Positions 17,525 through 25,932 of a stretch of 64,000 bases of DNA are shown here, in pieces. The notes beneath the pieces are model-generated. The model was not told where the DNA came from. It saw only the letters and a list, made by a program, of their open reading frames with translations, and searched no databases. A program made the translations under genes and the position numbers. The stretch comes from a virus (taxonomy: Duplodnaviria > Caudoviricetes). The DNA lies in IMG/VR virus record IMGVR_UViG_3300032320_001595, positions 1-64,000 of that record. The stretch is one strand, 5' to 3'. The stretch's first letter is position 1. Every line of letters starts with the position of its first letter.

Positions 17525-17899
17525 CTATACCTTGTAGATACTTACGGGAATATTGCTATTCTCTGCTTCAGATATTACAACATCGAATATCTCTGACCTA
17601 TCATTCTTCGTTGATAAATATACTACACTATCAATGTCGTACTTGTCAAAGTTTTCTACAACATCATTTTTGAGAACACGGTAGAACCTTGATTTAATAC
17701 CTTTTTGCTTAAAGAATCCCTCAGTTTTATTAACAAACTCAGCGGTAAACTGGTTTATTTTATATGGACCCGCTGTATAAATATCTAAACGACCATCACT
17801 ATTGGTCGCATCTACTGCCTTATCTATGGCAACAACTACTGCCCTAGTAAAAGTATCGTAGTCGGCAAATTTTTGATTGCCGTAAACAAGGATTCTCAT
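17525..17899 (-). CDS. hypothetical protein, possibly SLOG/YspA-like
   Basis: MRILVYGNQKFADYDTFTRA N-terminus; weak resemblance only. Confidence 0.45.
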   Translation of the reverse strand: MRILVYGNQKFADYDTFTRAVVVAIDKAVDATNSDGRLDIYTAGPYKINQFTAEFVNKTEGFFKQKGIKSRFYRVLKNDVVENFDKYDIDSVVYLSTKNDRSEIFDVVISEAENSNIPVSIYKV

Positions 17900-17906
17900 T
17901 ATTCTC

Positions 17907-18386
17907 CTAATATATGTTGGGAAATTCTCCAGCAACTAACCATTCATTTGTTGCTATCTTAATTAATTCTAGGCTAGTCCATCGGGCAGTAAGATAGTTT
18001 GAGTCTGCCTGCCTTAATGTAACTCCAGACTCTTCAGTAAATTGTACAGTACCAGAGCCTGCTCGCGCAACCTTTATTGATGAGCCAACCTCTATTTCTT
18101 CTGTAGAATTATTTGGAACAATGAGGGTTGTGGCAGATGCTGAGTTTACTAATAGTATAGAGTTCTGCTCACTAGACATAATCATATAGGAGCCACCAGT
18201 AGTTATAGAAGAAACTTCTCTTAAAAATGATGTTTCTAGATTCGTGGTGTTAATCATGTTAATCCATGCACCATCTGAGGCTAATCGTACTGTTTTTTCT
18301 ACAGTATTAAAATATACTTCTCCGTCATTAAATATCTGCGGGTCGGATGCAAGGCTTGCCATCTTTAATGTAGATACTAATCTCAT
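17907..18386 (-). CDS. putative virion/fibre-domain protein
   Basis: C-terminal domain (ILLVNSASATTLIVP...GSGTVQF...LIKIATNEWLVAGE) aligns by eye with the C-terminus of 40092..42533. Confidence 0.55.
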   Translation of the reverse strand: MRLVSTLKMASLASDPQIFNDGEVYFNTVEKTVRLASDGAWINMINTTNLETSFLREVSSITTGGSYMIMSSEQNSILLVNSASATTLIVPNNSTEEIEVGSSIKVARAGSGTVQFTEESGVTLRQADSNYLTARWTSLELIKIATNEWLVAGEFPNIY

Positions 18387-18868
18387 GCAAATCTTCCGCC
18401 CCAAATGCTTTTATTAACATTAACGTATCCAGGCGGAATTGCTGCTAAACGACACTTTCCCATCTCTTCAATTTCATAAGAAAGAATAGAGCATCCTATA
18501 CCACCATCTTCTTTTTCATAATGAAGAGAGCAGTTACCACACATGACGCCAATAGATGCATCTGAATTCTGCGCCGCAGATTCATAACCAATCCAGATCC
18601 CTGTCTCCTCTGCATTAAGGGGTCCATAATTATCTGCTATAGACACAAGAGAGTCATGAAACTGTTTCTCTGCATCAGAAAGTTGTTCGTATAAATTATG
18701 TTCAGCCTTAGAGATATCCTTTTTGGATCTCGCTTCAGCAGCGTACAGAGCACGCTGCTGCTCTATAGCCTCTCGTCTTGTTCCGTGAGTACCACGAACA
18801 GTTCCATCTGGACTAACTACAGAATATCCAGACTTACCACGGTAGTTCTGTCTAATATCGTATGGCAT
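18383..18868 (-). CDS. two-module small protein with C-terminal KSIWGGRF tag, candidate internal head protein
   Basis: MPYDI...GTHGTRREAIEQQRALYAAE module, ISKA site, Cys module CGNC...C...CRL, terminal KSIWGGRFA; own TATAAT at 18894-18899. Confidence 0.55.
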   Translation of the reverse strand: MPYDIRQNYRGKSGYSVVSPDGTVRGTHGTRREAIEQQRALYAAEARSKKDISKAEHNLYEQLSDAEKQFHDSLVSIADNYGPLNAEETGIWIGYESAAQNSDASIGVMCGNCSLHYEKEDGGIGCSILSYEIEEMGKCRLAAIPPGYVNVNKSIWGGRFA

Positions 18869-18894
18869 ATCGGCCTCCCAAGCATTTGTATCTA

Positions 18895-20049
18895 TTATAC
18901 CTTAGATAGCAAAGTAATTTTTCTACTCTTTTTTGCCTCTATATTAATAAGTTCTATTGCCTCAGACCACTTATACTTAACCATATTTATATTAAATTGA
19001 TTTGCTGCGACAATATAATTTCTTTCACGCTCTTCATTTCTAATATCTGGATCTAGTAGTTTGGTTAGATGCTTCATCCAATCCTTTGAAGACTTTGCTA
19101 TTCTTCCAGCACCTAAATCCGCTAGATCCTGATACTCTTGTGTGTCAGATGCAATGAATGGTATACCTGACAAGGCATATTCAAGACCCTTTAAATTACT
19201 CTTGGCCTCGTTAAATTGATTCTTTGTCAGAGGAACTATTCCAATGTCAATAGGCATGAAGATATTAGAATAATACTGAGGTCTGGCACCCGTAAAGACA
19301 CTTACTCTTTCTGGATCAATATTCAACGCCTCTGCGATCCAGTAGGGTTTATCTAGCATGCCTCCAGAATGATGAAACTTTAAATCGTATCTTTCTATAA
19401 TTGTTTTGATTGGTCCTGAAAAATCTTTAAGATCATTTACGCGCCACATCATCATTCCGACCCATCCTATTGTGGGTTTATTGCCAGCGGTATCAAGTCT
19501 GTAAGTAAATGTTTTTGGATCTAGAGAGTTTGGAACGCGGTATACATTTTTATTATATCTATGCATTCTTTCTTCTAAGAATTTCGTACTTGCAATAATT
19601 CCATCTGCGGCAGAATAAGTTGAAATAAGATGATCTCTATTATTCTCTGGATTTCTTTGTGGATCAGTAGTTATAAAGGCTAGGTTGTCTTCTGGAAGTT
19701 GTTCGAAATGATCATCTGTATCGACAATAACAGTCTGACCGTAACTCTTAGCAAGTTCTATATATTTAACTGCATCCTGGTGCATAAAAAGTTTAAGTAC
19801 TACTACATCCAGTTTATCAAAGCACTCGTCATAGGTCTTAATGACCCCAGTCTTTCTATACTTTAATCTTTCTAAAGGCTTTACTGCAACAAAACCCTCG
19901 CCATCCTTCCAGCCAATCTCACCCACCATTACCTGATGACCTATGCTTGTTAACAACATACCTGGCATAAGCATTCTTACGTTGGTGCATCCACCTGGCA
20001 GCGCCTCATAGTGGTCGCCCCAATCTGTAGAAAGAAATCCAATCCTCAT
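18895..20049 (-). CDS. glycosyltransferase, GT-B (GT4-like)
   Basis: VDTDD, IGWVG, DIGIVPL...FNEAKSNLKGLEYALSGIPFIASD. Confidence 0.8.
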   Translation of the reverse strand: MRIGFLSTDWGDHYEALPGGCTNVRMLMPGMLLTSIGHQVMVGEIGWKDGEGFVAVKPLERLKYRKTGVIKTYDECFDKLDVVVLKLFMHQDAVKYIELAKSYGQTVIVDTDDHFEQLPEDNLAFITTDPQRNPENNRDHLISTYSAADGIIASTKFLEERMHRYNKNVYRVPNSLDPKTFTYRLDTAGNKPTIGWVGMMMWRVNDLKDFSGPIKTIIERYDLKFHHSGGMLDKPYWIAEALNIDPERVSVFTGARPQYYSNIFMPIDIGIVPLTKNQFNEAKSNLKGLEYALSGIPFIASDTQEYQDLADLGAGRIAKSSKDWMKHLTKLLDPDIRNEERERNYIVAANQFNINMVKYKWSEAIELINIEAKKSRKITLLSKV

Positions 20050-20067
20050 TTATTCTCCATTATGTAG

Positions 20068-20114
20068 ATATGGCGGGGGCTGTTGCCGCAATGGTTTGTT
20101 TACCCCCGCCATAT
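20068..20114 (-). terminator. 12-bp GC-rich hairpin downstream of the lysozyme gene
   Basis: ATATGGCGGGGG (20068-20079) pairs with CCCCCGCCATAT (20103-20114); 23-nt loop; no U-tract. Confidence 0.55.
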
Positions 20115-20125
20115 ATATTACTACG

Positions 20126-20746
20126 TTAAATCTTTTCTGGGGTACATTTCTTTGGGAATAAAGACCACCCAGTATTGAATGGTGCAATGACCCATGAATA
20201 TGTTAATCCAGATCCCCAAAGGGAATAATACATTCCTGCATTCTCGTACCATGAGTCATTCTTAAATGAATATCCATAGCCCCAATTATGCATTCCATCA
20301 TTAAGGAAGTGCTTCCTTACAATTTCTGATTGCTTTTCCTTGTCTAGCATATTATCTCTAGACCACCAGGATCTTCCTGACCAGGCACTTGTCTGAATTT
20401 GCCAAGTACCTAAAGCACCTGAATACCATAAACTTGACTCATCAAGTGCTTCATGCTTTGATTCGCGCCAGGTAATTGCCCAGGCTCCTCTAAGCATTCC
20501 AGGTCTATTAAAACCCGCCTTAAACAGTATCTTTGCTTGCTTATCATTACAATTAGATGGCAATGTCCAGTTTCTATCTGTTATTGCCCTTCTTTCTAAT
20601 GTATCAGCGGTGGCAAGGTTTCCTGTACCTTCCGCCAAGGGCGAAGACTTAGCATACGCCATACTTGATGCAGCAATAAATGTAATTGCTAATACTACAA
20701 CAGCAATCCAACCTACTGCCAAACCAATTTGGTTTTTTGTCGTCAT
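20126..20746 (-). CDS. lysozyme-fold (SLT/Rpf-like) muralytic enzyme with N-terminal signal/TM segment
   Basis: AITWRESK (catalytic Glu), ALGTWQI; hydrophobic IGLAVGWIAVVVLAITFIAASSMAYA; AAGGAGG RBS before ATG 20746. Confidence 0.7.
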   Translation of the reverse strand: MTTKNQIGLAVGWIAVVVLAITFIAASSMAYAKSSPLAEGTGNLATADTLERRAITDRNWTLPSNCNDKQAKILFKAGFNRPGMLRGAWAITWRESKHEALDESSLWYSGALGTWQIQTSAWSGRSWWSRDNMLDKEKQSEIVRKHFLNDGMHNWGYGYSFKNDSWYENAGMYYSLWGSGLTYSWVIAPFNTGWSLFPKKCTPEKI

Positions 20747-20776
20747 ATTGACCTCCTTTGGCGGCAACATCATTCT

Positions 20777-20805
20777 ACTTTACAGCAAAGTTTTATAGAA
20801 GTCAA
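20777..20805 (-). promoter_or_regulatory. SigA/sigma70-type promoter for the lysozyme gene
   Basis: TTGACT (20805-20800), 17-nt spacer, TAAAGT (20782-20777) on minus strand. Confidence 0.55.
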
Positions 20806-20943
20806 GGGTCGCATAGCATAGAGATTTTTATTTTTTGTCCCAGTCAATAATTTCTATCATGTCTGGGTAAATGGTAACATGTGGAAGAAAGTTATAGTTA
20901 GCACTATCTTTTACAAGACAGTAAAATGTAAAGTATTTCATAT

Positions 20944-21111
20944 CTACTCGTCATAGTCCCATCGTATTATCATCATTGCATATTTCAGCCCCTGTCTAAA
21001 CCATTCCGCCTCTGAAGAATAATCTTCTGCAAAAGGAGTTTCGATACATTCTTCTATTTGATCTGAGAATCTATCTCGCCAATATTTTTGGCATTCATCG
21101 TCGCTATGCAT
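20944..21111 (-). CDS. hypothetical protein (55 aa, not in ORF track)
   Basis: Hand-translated MHSDDECQKYWRDRFSDQIEEC...IRWDYDE*. Confidence 0.5.
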   Translation of the reverse strand: MHSDDECQKYWRDRFSDQIEECIETPFAEDYSSEAEWFRQGLKYAMMIIRWDYDE

Positions 21112-21118
21112 TTCCACG

Positions 21119-21191
21119 CTGGCGCGGGAGGGTACGATCCTCCAACCCTTCGGTTAACAGCCGAATGTTCTGCCAATTGAACTACGCGCCA
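21119..21191 (-). tRNA. tRNA-Asn(GTT), no encoded CCA
   Basis: Acceptor TGGCGCG/CGCGCCA (U1-A72, G73), D-arm GTTC/GAAC, anticodon arm TTCGG-CTGTTAA-CCGAA, T-arm GGAGG-ATCGTAC-CCTCC. Confidence 0.9.
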
Positions 21192-21599
21192 TTAGATATT
21201 TAGATATCTATTCTGCCCTCTAATAAATGTTCTTATTCTATGGCAGTTTGCACAAACTACATCACACTTCTCTACTTCTTTTATTGCCTTGTCCCAACCA
21301 TATTTGTGTAATATTTCTGTAGGGCCACCAGTTTTTTCAAACTCAGGTTTATGGTCAAAGTCCAGAATCCAATGTGGATACTTTTCTCCGCAGTCCATAC
21401 ATCCTTTTTCTTCTTTATATTTCCAAAGTTTTCTTTTTAAAATTGTTCTATTTCTATTTGTCCGATCTTTTGTTTTCTGCTTTTGGCCCTCGCCAACATG
21501 ATAGGCAATAGTGCTTTTAGAACATCCTAAAATTTCTTGTATCTCTTTATATGTTTTTCCTTGATCTCTTAACCTAAGAATGTTTTCTTTATGCTTCAT
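21192..21599 (-). mobile_element. free-standing HNH endonuclease with N-terminal HTH, inside tRNA cluster
   Basis: KTYKEIQEILGCSKSTIAYH (HTH); CMDCG...LDFDHK...CDVVCANCHRIRT (HNH). Confidence 0.85.
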
Positions 21600-21631
21600 A
21601 GTTCGATTATATCATATAATTCGAACAATCG

Positions 21632-21703
21632 CTCCCAATCAAGGATTCAAACCTCGTCCTCAACATCCAAAGTGTTGCGTGCTGTCGATTACACCAATCG
21701 GGA
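21632..21703 (-). tRNA. tRNA-Gln(TTG), no encoded CCA
   Basis: Acceptor TCCCGAT/ATTGGGA, G73, D-stem GTGT/GCAC, anticodon arm CAACA-CTTTGGA-TGTTG, T-arm CGAGG-TTTGAAT-CCTTG. Confidence 0.9.
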
Positions 21704-21706
21704 AAA

Positions 21707-21814
21707 GACCGATGTGCCAGCGGGTAACTACACCATCCCAAGGTTTTCTGCACGTTTGACTAACTTCATGCTGGTATCAACCGCGTAACTCGGCATTGCT
21801 GGCACATCGGAGTC
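21707..21814 (-). ncRNA. candidate structured ncRNA immediately upstream of tRNA-Gln
   Basis: Perfect 13-bp closing stem CCGATGTGCCAGC/GCTGGCACATCGG (21709-21721, 21798-21810) enclosing several short helices; no ORF on minus strand here. Confidence 0.5.
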
Positions 21815-22173
21815 TATTTAGTTATATCGAAGGGGGAGCCTTCCCAAACCTTCTTCATTCTGTTAACTATTGCTTTAGACCAGGAAAATCCTGCGTCACC
21901 GCCCCAGGCTTCCCACATAATTCTTCCATTAGATGGAAAACCTTCTTCTCCAGAATTAAAACCCTTACCTTGCTTATCTACTTCATGTCTAGAAAAATAA
22001 GAGTACATTCTTTTTACTGTATCTAAAGATAGATTTTCTTTGTTTGCAAGTTGACTTGCTCTAGTCCATCCAACAGATGTACCAGCGCCTTTTGCTTTTC
22101 CTTCTTCTTTCCATTTTAAAGCACGGCGTGCCGCTGCTGCCATAGAATCTGTAGGTTTGTATGTCTCAGCCAT
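21814..22173 (-). CDS. small basic protein of a module type seen in head-maturation proteins; C-terminal KKVWEGSPF tag
   Basis: AETYKPT...GAGTSVGWTRASQLA...LSLDTVKRMYSYFSRHEVDK...GRIMWEAWGGDAGFSWS. Confidence 0.6.
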   Translation of the reverse strand: MAETYKPTDSMAAAARRALKWKEEGKAKGAGTSVGWTRASQLANKENLSLDTVKRMYSYFSRHEVDKQGKGFNSGEEGFPSNGRIMWEAWGGDAGFSWSKAIVNRMKKVWEGSPFDITK

Positions 22174-22297
22174 CGTATTTCTCCCATCTCCAAAAACTTA
22201 TGTAGTATGCATGAAAATGTGTGTTGCAAGCATAGGTCTTAGTTTCATTTCTTTCTCCAACCCATTCCGCTGGCTGACCACAAAATTTGCATTCCAT
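22166..22297 (-). CDS. small zinc-finger-like protein (43 aa, not in ORF track)
   Basis: Hand-translated MECKFCGQPAEW...YACNTHF...KYDG*; TATAAT at 22301-22306 just upstream. Confidence 0.5.
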   Translation of the reverse strand: MECKFCGQPAEWVGERNETKTYACNTHFHAYYISFWRWEKYDG

Positions 22298-22301
22298 AGT
22301 A

Positions 22302-22829
22302 TTATAGCATTCCAAGTTTGCTTGCATAGTCATACATCATAATGCCGCTTGCGACACTAACATTAAGACTTCTTACACTACCAAGTTGTGGAATCATTAC
22401 AATGTCATCAGCCATACCCAAGCCCATTGGACTTACGCCCCTAGCCTCTTCTCCGAAAATCATAAAGGTATTTGGAGTCCATTCGTATTGAGTGATAGGA
22501 ATTGCTCCAGGAACATTATCTACTGCCACCCAGCGCATATCTCTAATGTGTGGCTCGTTAAGATAGATGTGATCAAGCGACGGAGCGTACTTTAAATGGA
22601 TATAGTTATGAGTTCCTACGGCACCGCGACGGTCCCATTTTTTATTTCCAATAATCCAAGATTCTTTAGCAAGAAATGCATTGCTATTACGAATTCCAGA
22701 AGCCTTATTAAAGTCTCCAGAGATGTTCTCAAATCCCACAACAAAGGGAAGACGTTTTGTATCTAGATCAGCCTTAACCTGATCTGTTTCCCACTCTTTG
22801 TAGTAGTCAATAACATTATGACTCTTCAT
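22302..22829 (-). CDS. SpoU/TrmH-family (SPOUT) RNA 2'-O-methyltransferase
   Basis: ENISGDFNKASGIRNSNAF, IFGEEARGVS, IPQLGSVRSLNVSVASGIMMY. Confidence 0.88.
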   Translation of the reverse strand: MKSHNVIDYYKEWETDQVKADLDTKRLPFVVGFENISGDFNKASGIRNSNAFLAKESWIIGNKKWDRRGAVGTHNYIHLKYAPSLDHIYLNEPHIRDMRWVAVDNVPGAIPITQYEWTPNTFMIFGEEARGVSPMGLGMADDIVMIPQLGSVRSLNVSVASGIMMYDYASKLGML

Positions 22830-23157
22830 TAGAATATGCTCCAGTACTGTAGATAAGATACATCATTGACTTTTCATCATCAGTTAGATCATCTGACTCA
22901 GGCCAGGTATCTGACCTATCTGTTAAGTATATATAAGACTTACCATCATTGTCCATCATTAAATCAATGAATCCTTTAAACCACAGACTGCTCATAATAT
23001 CTGAGTCTTGCTCTTTCATCCATTGGGCTAATTCTTTTTGCTCTTTATAAAATAACTCTGTTAGTTTATATATAGGGTCACCAGCAACATTATATGAAAC
23101 GACCTCTACATAGCCGTATTCAACGAACATCTTTAATATCTCTTCATTCATGTCCAT
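22816..23157 (-). CDS. hypothetical protein
   Basis: 113-aa acidic ORF downstream of terL. Confidence 0.6.
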   Translation of the reverse strand: MDMNEEILKMFVEYGYVEVVSYNVAGDPIYKLTELFYKEQKELAQWMKEQDSDIMSSLWFKGFIDLMMDNDGKSYIYLTDRSDTWPESDDLTDDEKSMMYLIYSTGAYSNEES

Positions 23158-23165
23158 ATAAATCC

Positions 23166-24935
23166 TTAAACTAGGCCAATCGACCAGTCGCTCATGCCAT
23201 CATTTTGTTGTGGGGGCTGGATAACATTCTTCTCAGCCTCTTCTTTTCGCCTGTCTCTTATAAACTGTTTATAGGTATGCACTTCTATTTCAACTTCTTG
23301 GGATTGTTTTTTACTGTTTGCAATGGAGTTGTAAATAGATCCACATACAGCATCTGACAAGTCTTTACTGCCTTTTCTTGGGTGATCTACTTTATCACGA
23401 ATGATTCTTAACTGCAATAATTCATCTATAAGAAGTGGTATTGAAGGTCCGACAATTCTTTCCTCCCCAACAAGCATTGCCATGTCATCGTAATGTTTTT
23501 TGGCAACAGAAAGAGTTTCTGTTTCTATTCCTATCATTCTTAATTCTGCCATAATATCGTGAGAGTTCCATCTATCGAATGTTACCTTTTTAATATTAAA
23601 TCCACGCGATCTTAAGTCCACAATAAACTGCTTAACCTCTGAAAAATCTACAGATTTATCTGAGGTAGGGGTCCACCATCTTACACAATCTACTACAACT
23701 AAAGGACTCACAACATTATGGTTAAGAAAACTTTTTAGTTGCACCCATCTGTCAACGTGTGCCATAGATACAGCACAATGATCATGCTTCTGGGCCAAGT
23801 CAACATGTACATAGTATTCTTTACCCTCCTGAGGAATAAACCAGTCTCTAAACCTACCATCATCGTCTACTCCATTGAGTTGCTGATTAAAGCATGATGT
23901 AATTTTTTCACGGGACTTAAAGAACGCATCTACTGCATCTGCTGGCATACAAGCGAATCTTCCAAGAGCATCTACAGGGTTGTTAAAAAATGCAATCTTA
24001 AAGTCATCTATAGATCTTGTTGGATTCACTTCCCATGTGGGTCGGCGTAGGGCAAAAACCTTTGGATATCTATAGGCATTAATATTATCTTCCTCCCACT
24101 CAATGGTGAACTCATTCTCTGGAACTCCTTCTAGTTCATCATCTAGTTTAAAGGTATAAGTTTTTATCTCAATGTCTTTGTCCGCAATTACCGATTCATA
24201 GCGCTGCTGAATAAAGTCATTCTTATATCTGGGGAATGATAGAAGAATAACTTTTCCAAAATCTGGAAATCGTGAATCTACGGAGGCTCTATACATATCA
24301 TAGATCGCTTGACCCGTCTTAGATTGTTCATTTCCACTTGTCGATACTGTGCTAAATCCAGATATCTCGTCAAGAATAACGCATATAACGTTGTATCCCT
24401 CCCAAGATTCTCTTTCTGAGTGACCAGAGTGGCATGTAATTGATTTGTCAAACGAAACACTCTGTGCTGTAATGTTATATTTTCCTACGAACCATGGAGA
24501 GTCTTCAATTCTTTTACGGAACCCTTTGAAGAATACATTTTTTGCCTGCTCAGAGTTAATGGCGATATTGATAATGTCAATAGAGTCTCCTGGAGGCTTG
24601 CCAAAATATTTTGCGGGATCTTTTAGGCAAAGCAATAAATATACAAGATATGTCACGGAGATAGTAGATAGGTAGTCTTTGCCACTACCTTTTCCAAGTT
24701 GTAAAATAACTTCATTGCAGGTTTGACGGTATCTTTTATTACCCTCTTCTTCTCCAAGAATTTTTACTAAAGTTTCTTTCTTATAAATTTGAGTCATGGC
24801 TCTAATAGACTGATACTGATATGATGAAAGTGGTGGAAGTTTTAGATACTGCTCACTTGTAACAAACTCTTCAATGGATACGGGGTACTCTTCAAACTCG
24901 TCGTCCTCCAATGCCGACAAAAAATCATCGAACAT
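23166..24935 (-). CDS. terL: terminase large subunit
   Basis: Walker A LGKGSGKD, Walker B VILDEISG, nuclease HVDLA, TFDRWNS, KDLSDAVCG. Confidence 0.92.
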   Translation of the reverse strand: MFDDFLSALEDDEFEEYPVSIEEFVTSEQYLKLPPLSSYQYQSIRAMTQIYKKETLVKILGEEEGNKRYRQTCNEVILQLGKGSGKDYLSTISVTYLVYLLLCLKDPAKYFGKPPGDSIDIINIAINSEQAKNVFFKGFRKRIEDSPWFVGKYNITAQSVSFDKSITCHSGHSERESWEGYNVICVILDEISGFSTVSTSGNEQSKTGQAIYDMYRASVDSRFPDFGKVILLSFPRYKNDFIQQRYESVIADKDIEIKTYTFKLDDELEGVPENEFTIEWEEDNINAYRYPKVFALRRPTWEVNPTRSIDDFKIAFFNNPVDALGRFACMPADAVDAFFKSREKITSCFNQQLNGVDDDGRFRDWFIPQEGKEYYVHVDLAQKHDHCAVSMAHVDRWVQLKSFLNHNVVSPLVVVDCVRWWTPTSDKSVDFSEVKQFIVDLRSRGFNIKKVTFDRWNSHDIMAELRMIGIETETLSVAKKHYDDMAMLVGEERIVGPSIPLLIDELLQLRIIRDKVDHPRKGSKDLSDAVCGSIYNSIANSKKQSQEVEIEVHTYKQFIRDRRKEEAEKNVIQPPQQNDGMSDWSIGLV

Positions 24936-25450
24936 CAGAAGCCTTCTGCCTTTCCAGTAACCTGTTCCAGCCTAGTAAACACTTCCTTCTTGCAATGGCT
25001 GCAATCTGACACCACTTCTTTTAAAATTTTTACAAGAATCTCCTGCTTACGTTCGGTTTCTATTATCTGTTCTGCAACCTCACTATCTTCAATGAGGCCA
25101 GCCTTCTGAAGCATATCTATTTGTTTTTGCTGTATGTCTGCGACTAGTTTAATCCCAGCAGTCTTTTTAGAAAGATCTCCTTGAGTCCCAGATTGACTAA
25201 TAACATCCCAGCCTTCCTCTATAAGCATAGAGTAATGTTTATCCGCACCAGCCAAAGCCTCTCTAGCACGCATCTGGATCTGCCTATCACTCTGAATAAC
25301 TGAACGCCATTCATTTAAATAGTCCTGAACATCTGTTCTTTTAAAACCTGTTACTCTTGCTATCTGGTTAGGATTAGTTGTTCCTTTTAAGAATAGGTCA
25401 ACAACTTTATTGATTCGTTCCCAGCGATCCGCAAGTTCTAATTCAGACAT
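24935..25450 (-). CDS. terS: putative terminase small subunit
   Basis: Directly upstream of terL, N-terminal HTH (PNQIARVTGFKRTDVQDYL), helical remainder. Confidence 0.6.
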   Translation of the reverse strand: MSELELADRWERINKVVDLFLKGTTNPNQIARVTGFKRTDVQDYLNEWRSVIQSDRQIQMRAREALAGADKHYSMLIEEGWDVISQSGTQGDLSKKTAGIKLVADIQQKQIDMLQKAGLIEDSEVAEQIIETERKQEILVKILKEVVSDCSHCKKEVFTRLEQVTGKAEGF

Positions 25451-25742
25451 CCATCTTCTTTCTTATGCTCTTTTTAGCGCGAACAATTCCTTTTAGTTTA
25501 TCAACATAGAAGGAACGATATTCCCCAGTAGCAGGAGAAAAACAATCTATCCAGGTAACATCTTTTTTAATATTATGCGCCAATTGTATGAACCTAAATG
25601 TACCACGAATATCTTTAAACTTAAGCATATCCCCTGGCTTGATAACTTCTTTGCCAAACTTAAGTTCATAGAATACTGAGATATCTGGGTTTACTAGATA
25701 CTTAGGTCGATCTTCTGGATTGGAATTGTTTTTTCTAGCCAT
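25443..25742 (-). CDS. hypothetical protein
   Basis: Likely start MARKNN at 25742. Confidence 0.6.
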   Translation of the reverse strand: MARKNNSNPEDRPKYLVNPDISVFYELKFGKEVIKPGDMLKFKDIRGTFRFIQLAHNIKKDVTWIDCFSPATGEYRSFYVDKLKGIVRAKKSIRKKMDV

Positions 25743-25755
25743 GACTCTCCTGTCA

Positions 25756-25932
25756 TCAGGTAGCGAATCCGCTACCACCGCGAGTTGGTGCCCAAACCAT
25801 TCCTGGACTATCTATGTTCCTAATCATCCTAATTCCACAGCCTGGACAGATGGCGCTGTCCCTTTCATCAATCTTTAGCATGAGTTCAGTAGACGACTCA
25901 CACTCTATGCATGTAAATGTATATAGAGGCAT
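25756..25932 (-). CDS. FmdB-like zinc-ribbon protein
   Basis: MPLYTFTCIEC...CPGCG. Confidence 0.7.
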   Translation of the reverse strand: MPLYTFTCIECESSTELMLKIDERDSAICPGCGIRMIRNIDSPGMVWAPTRGGSGFAT

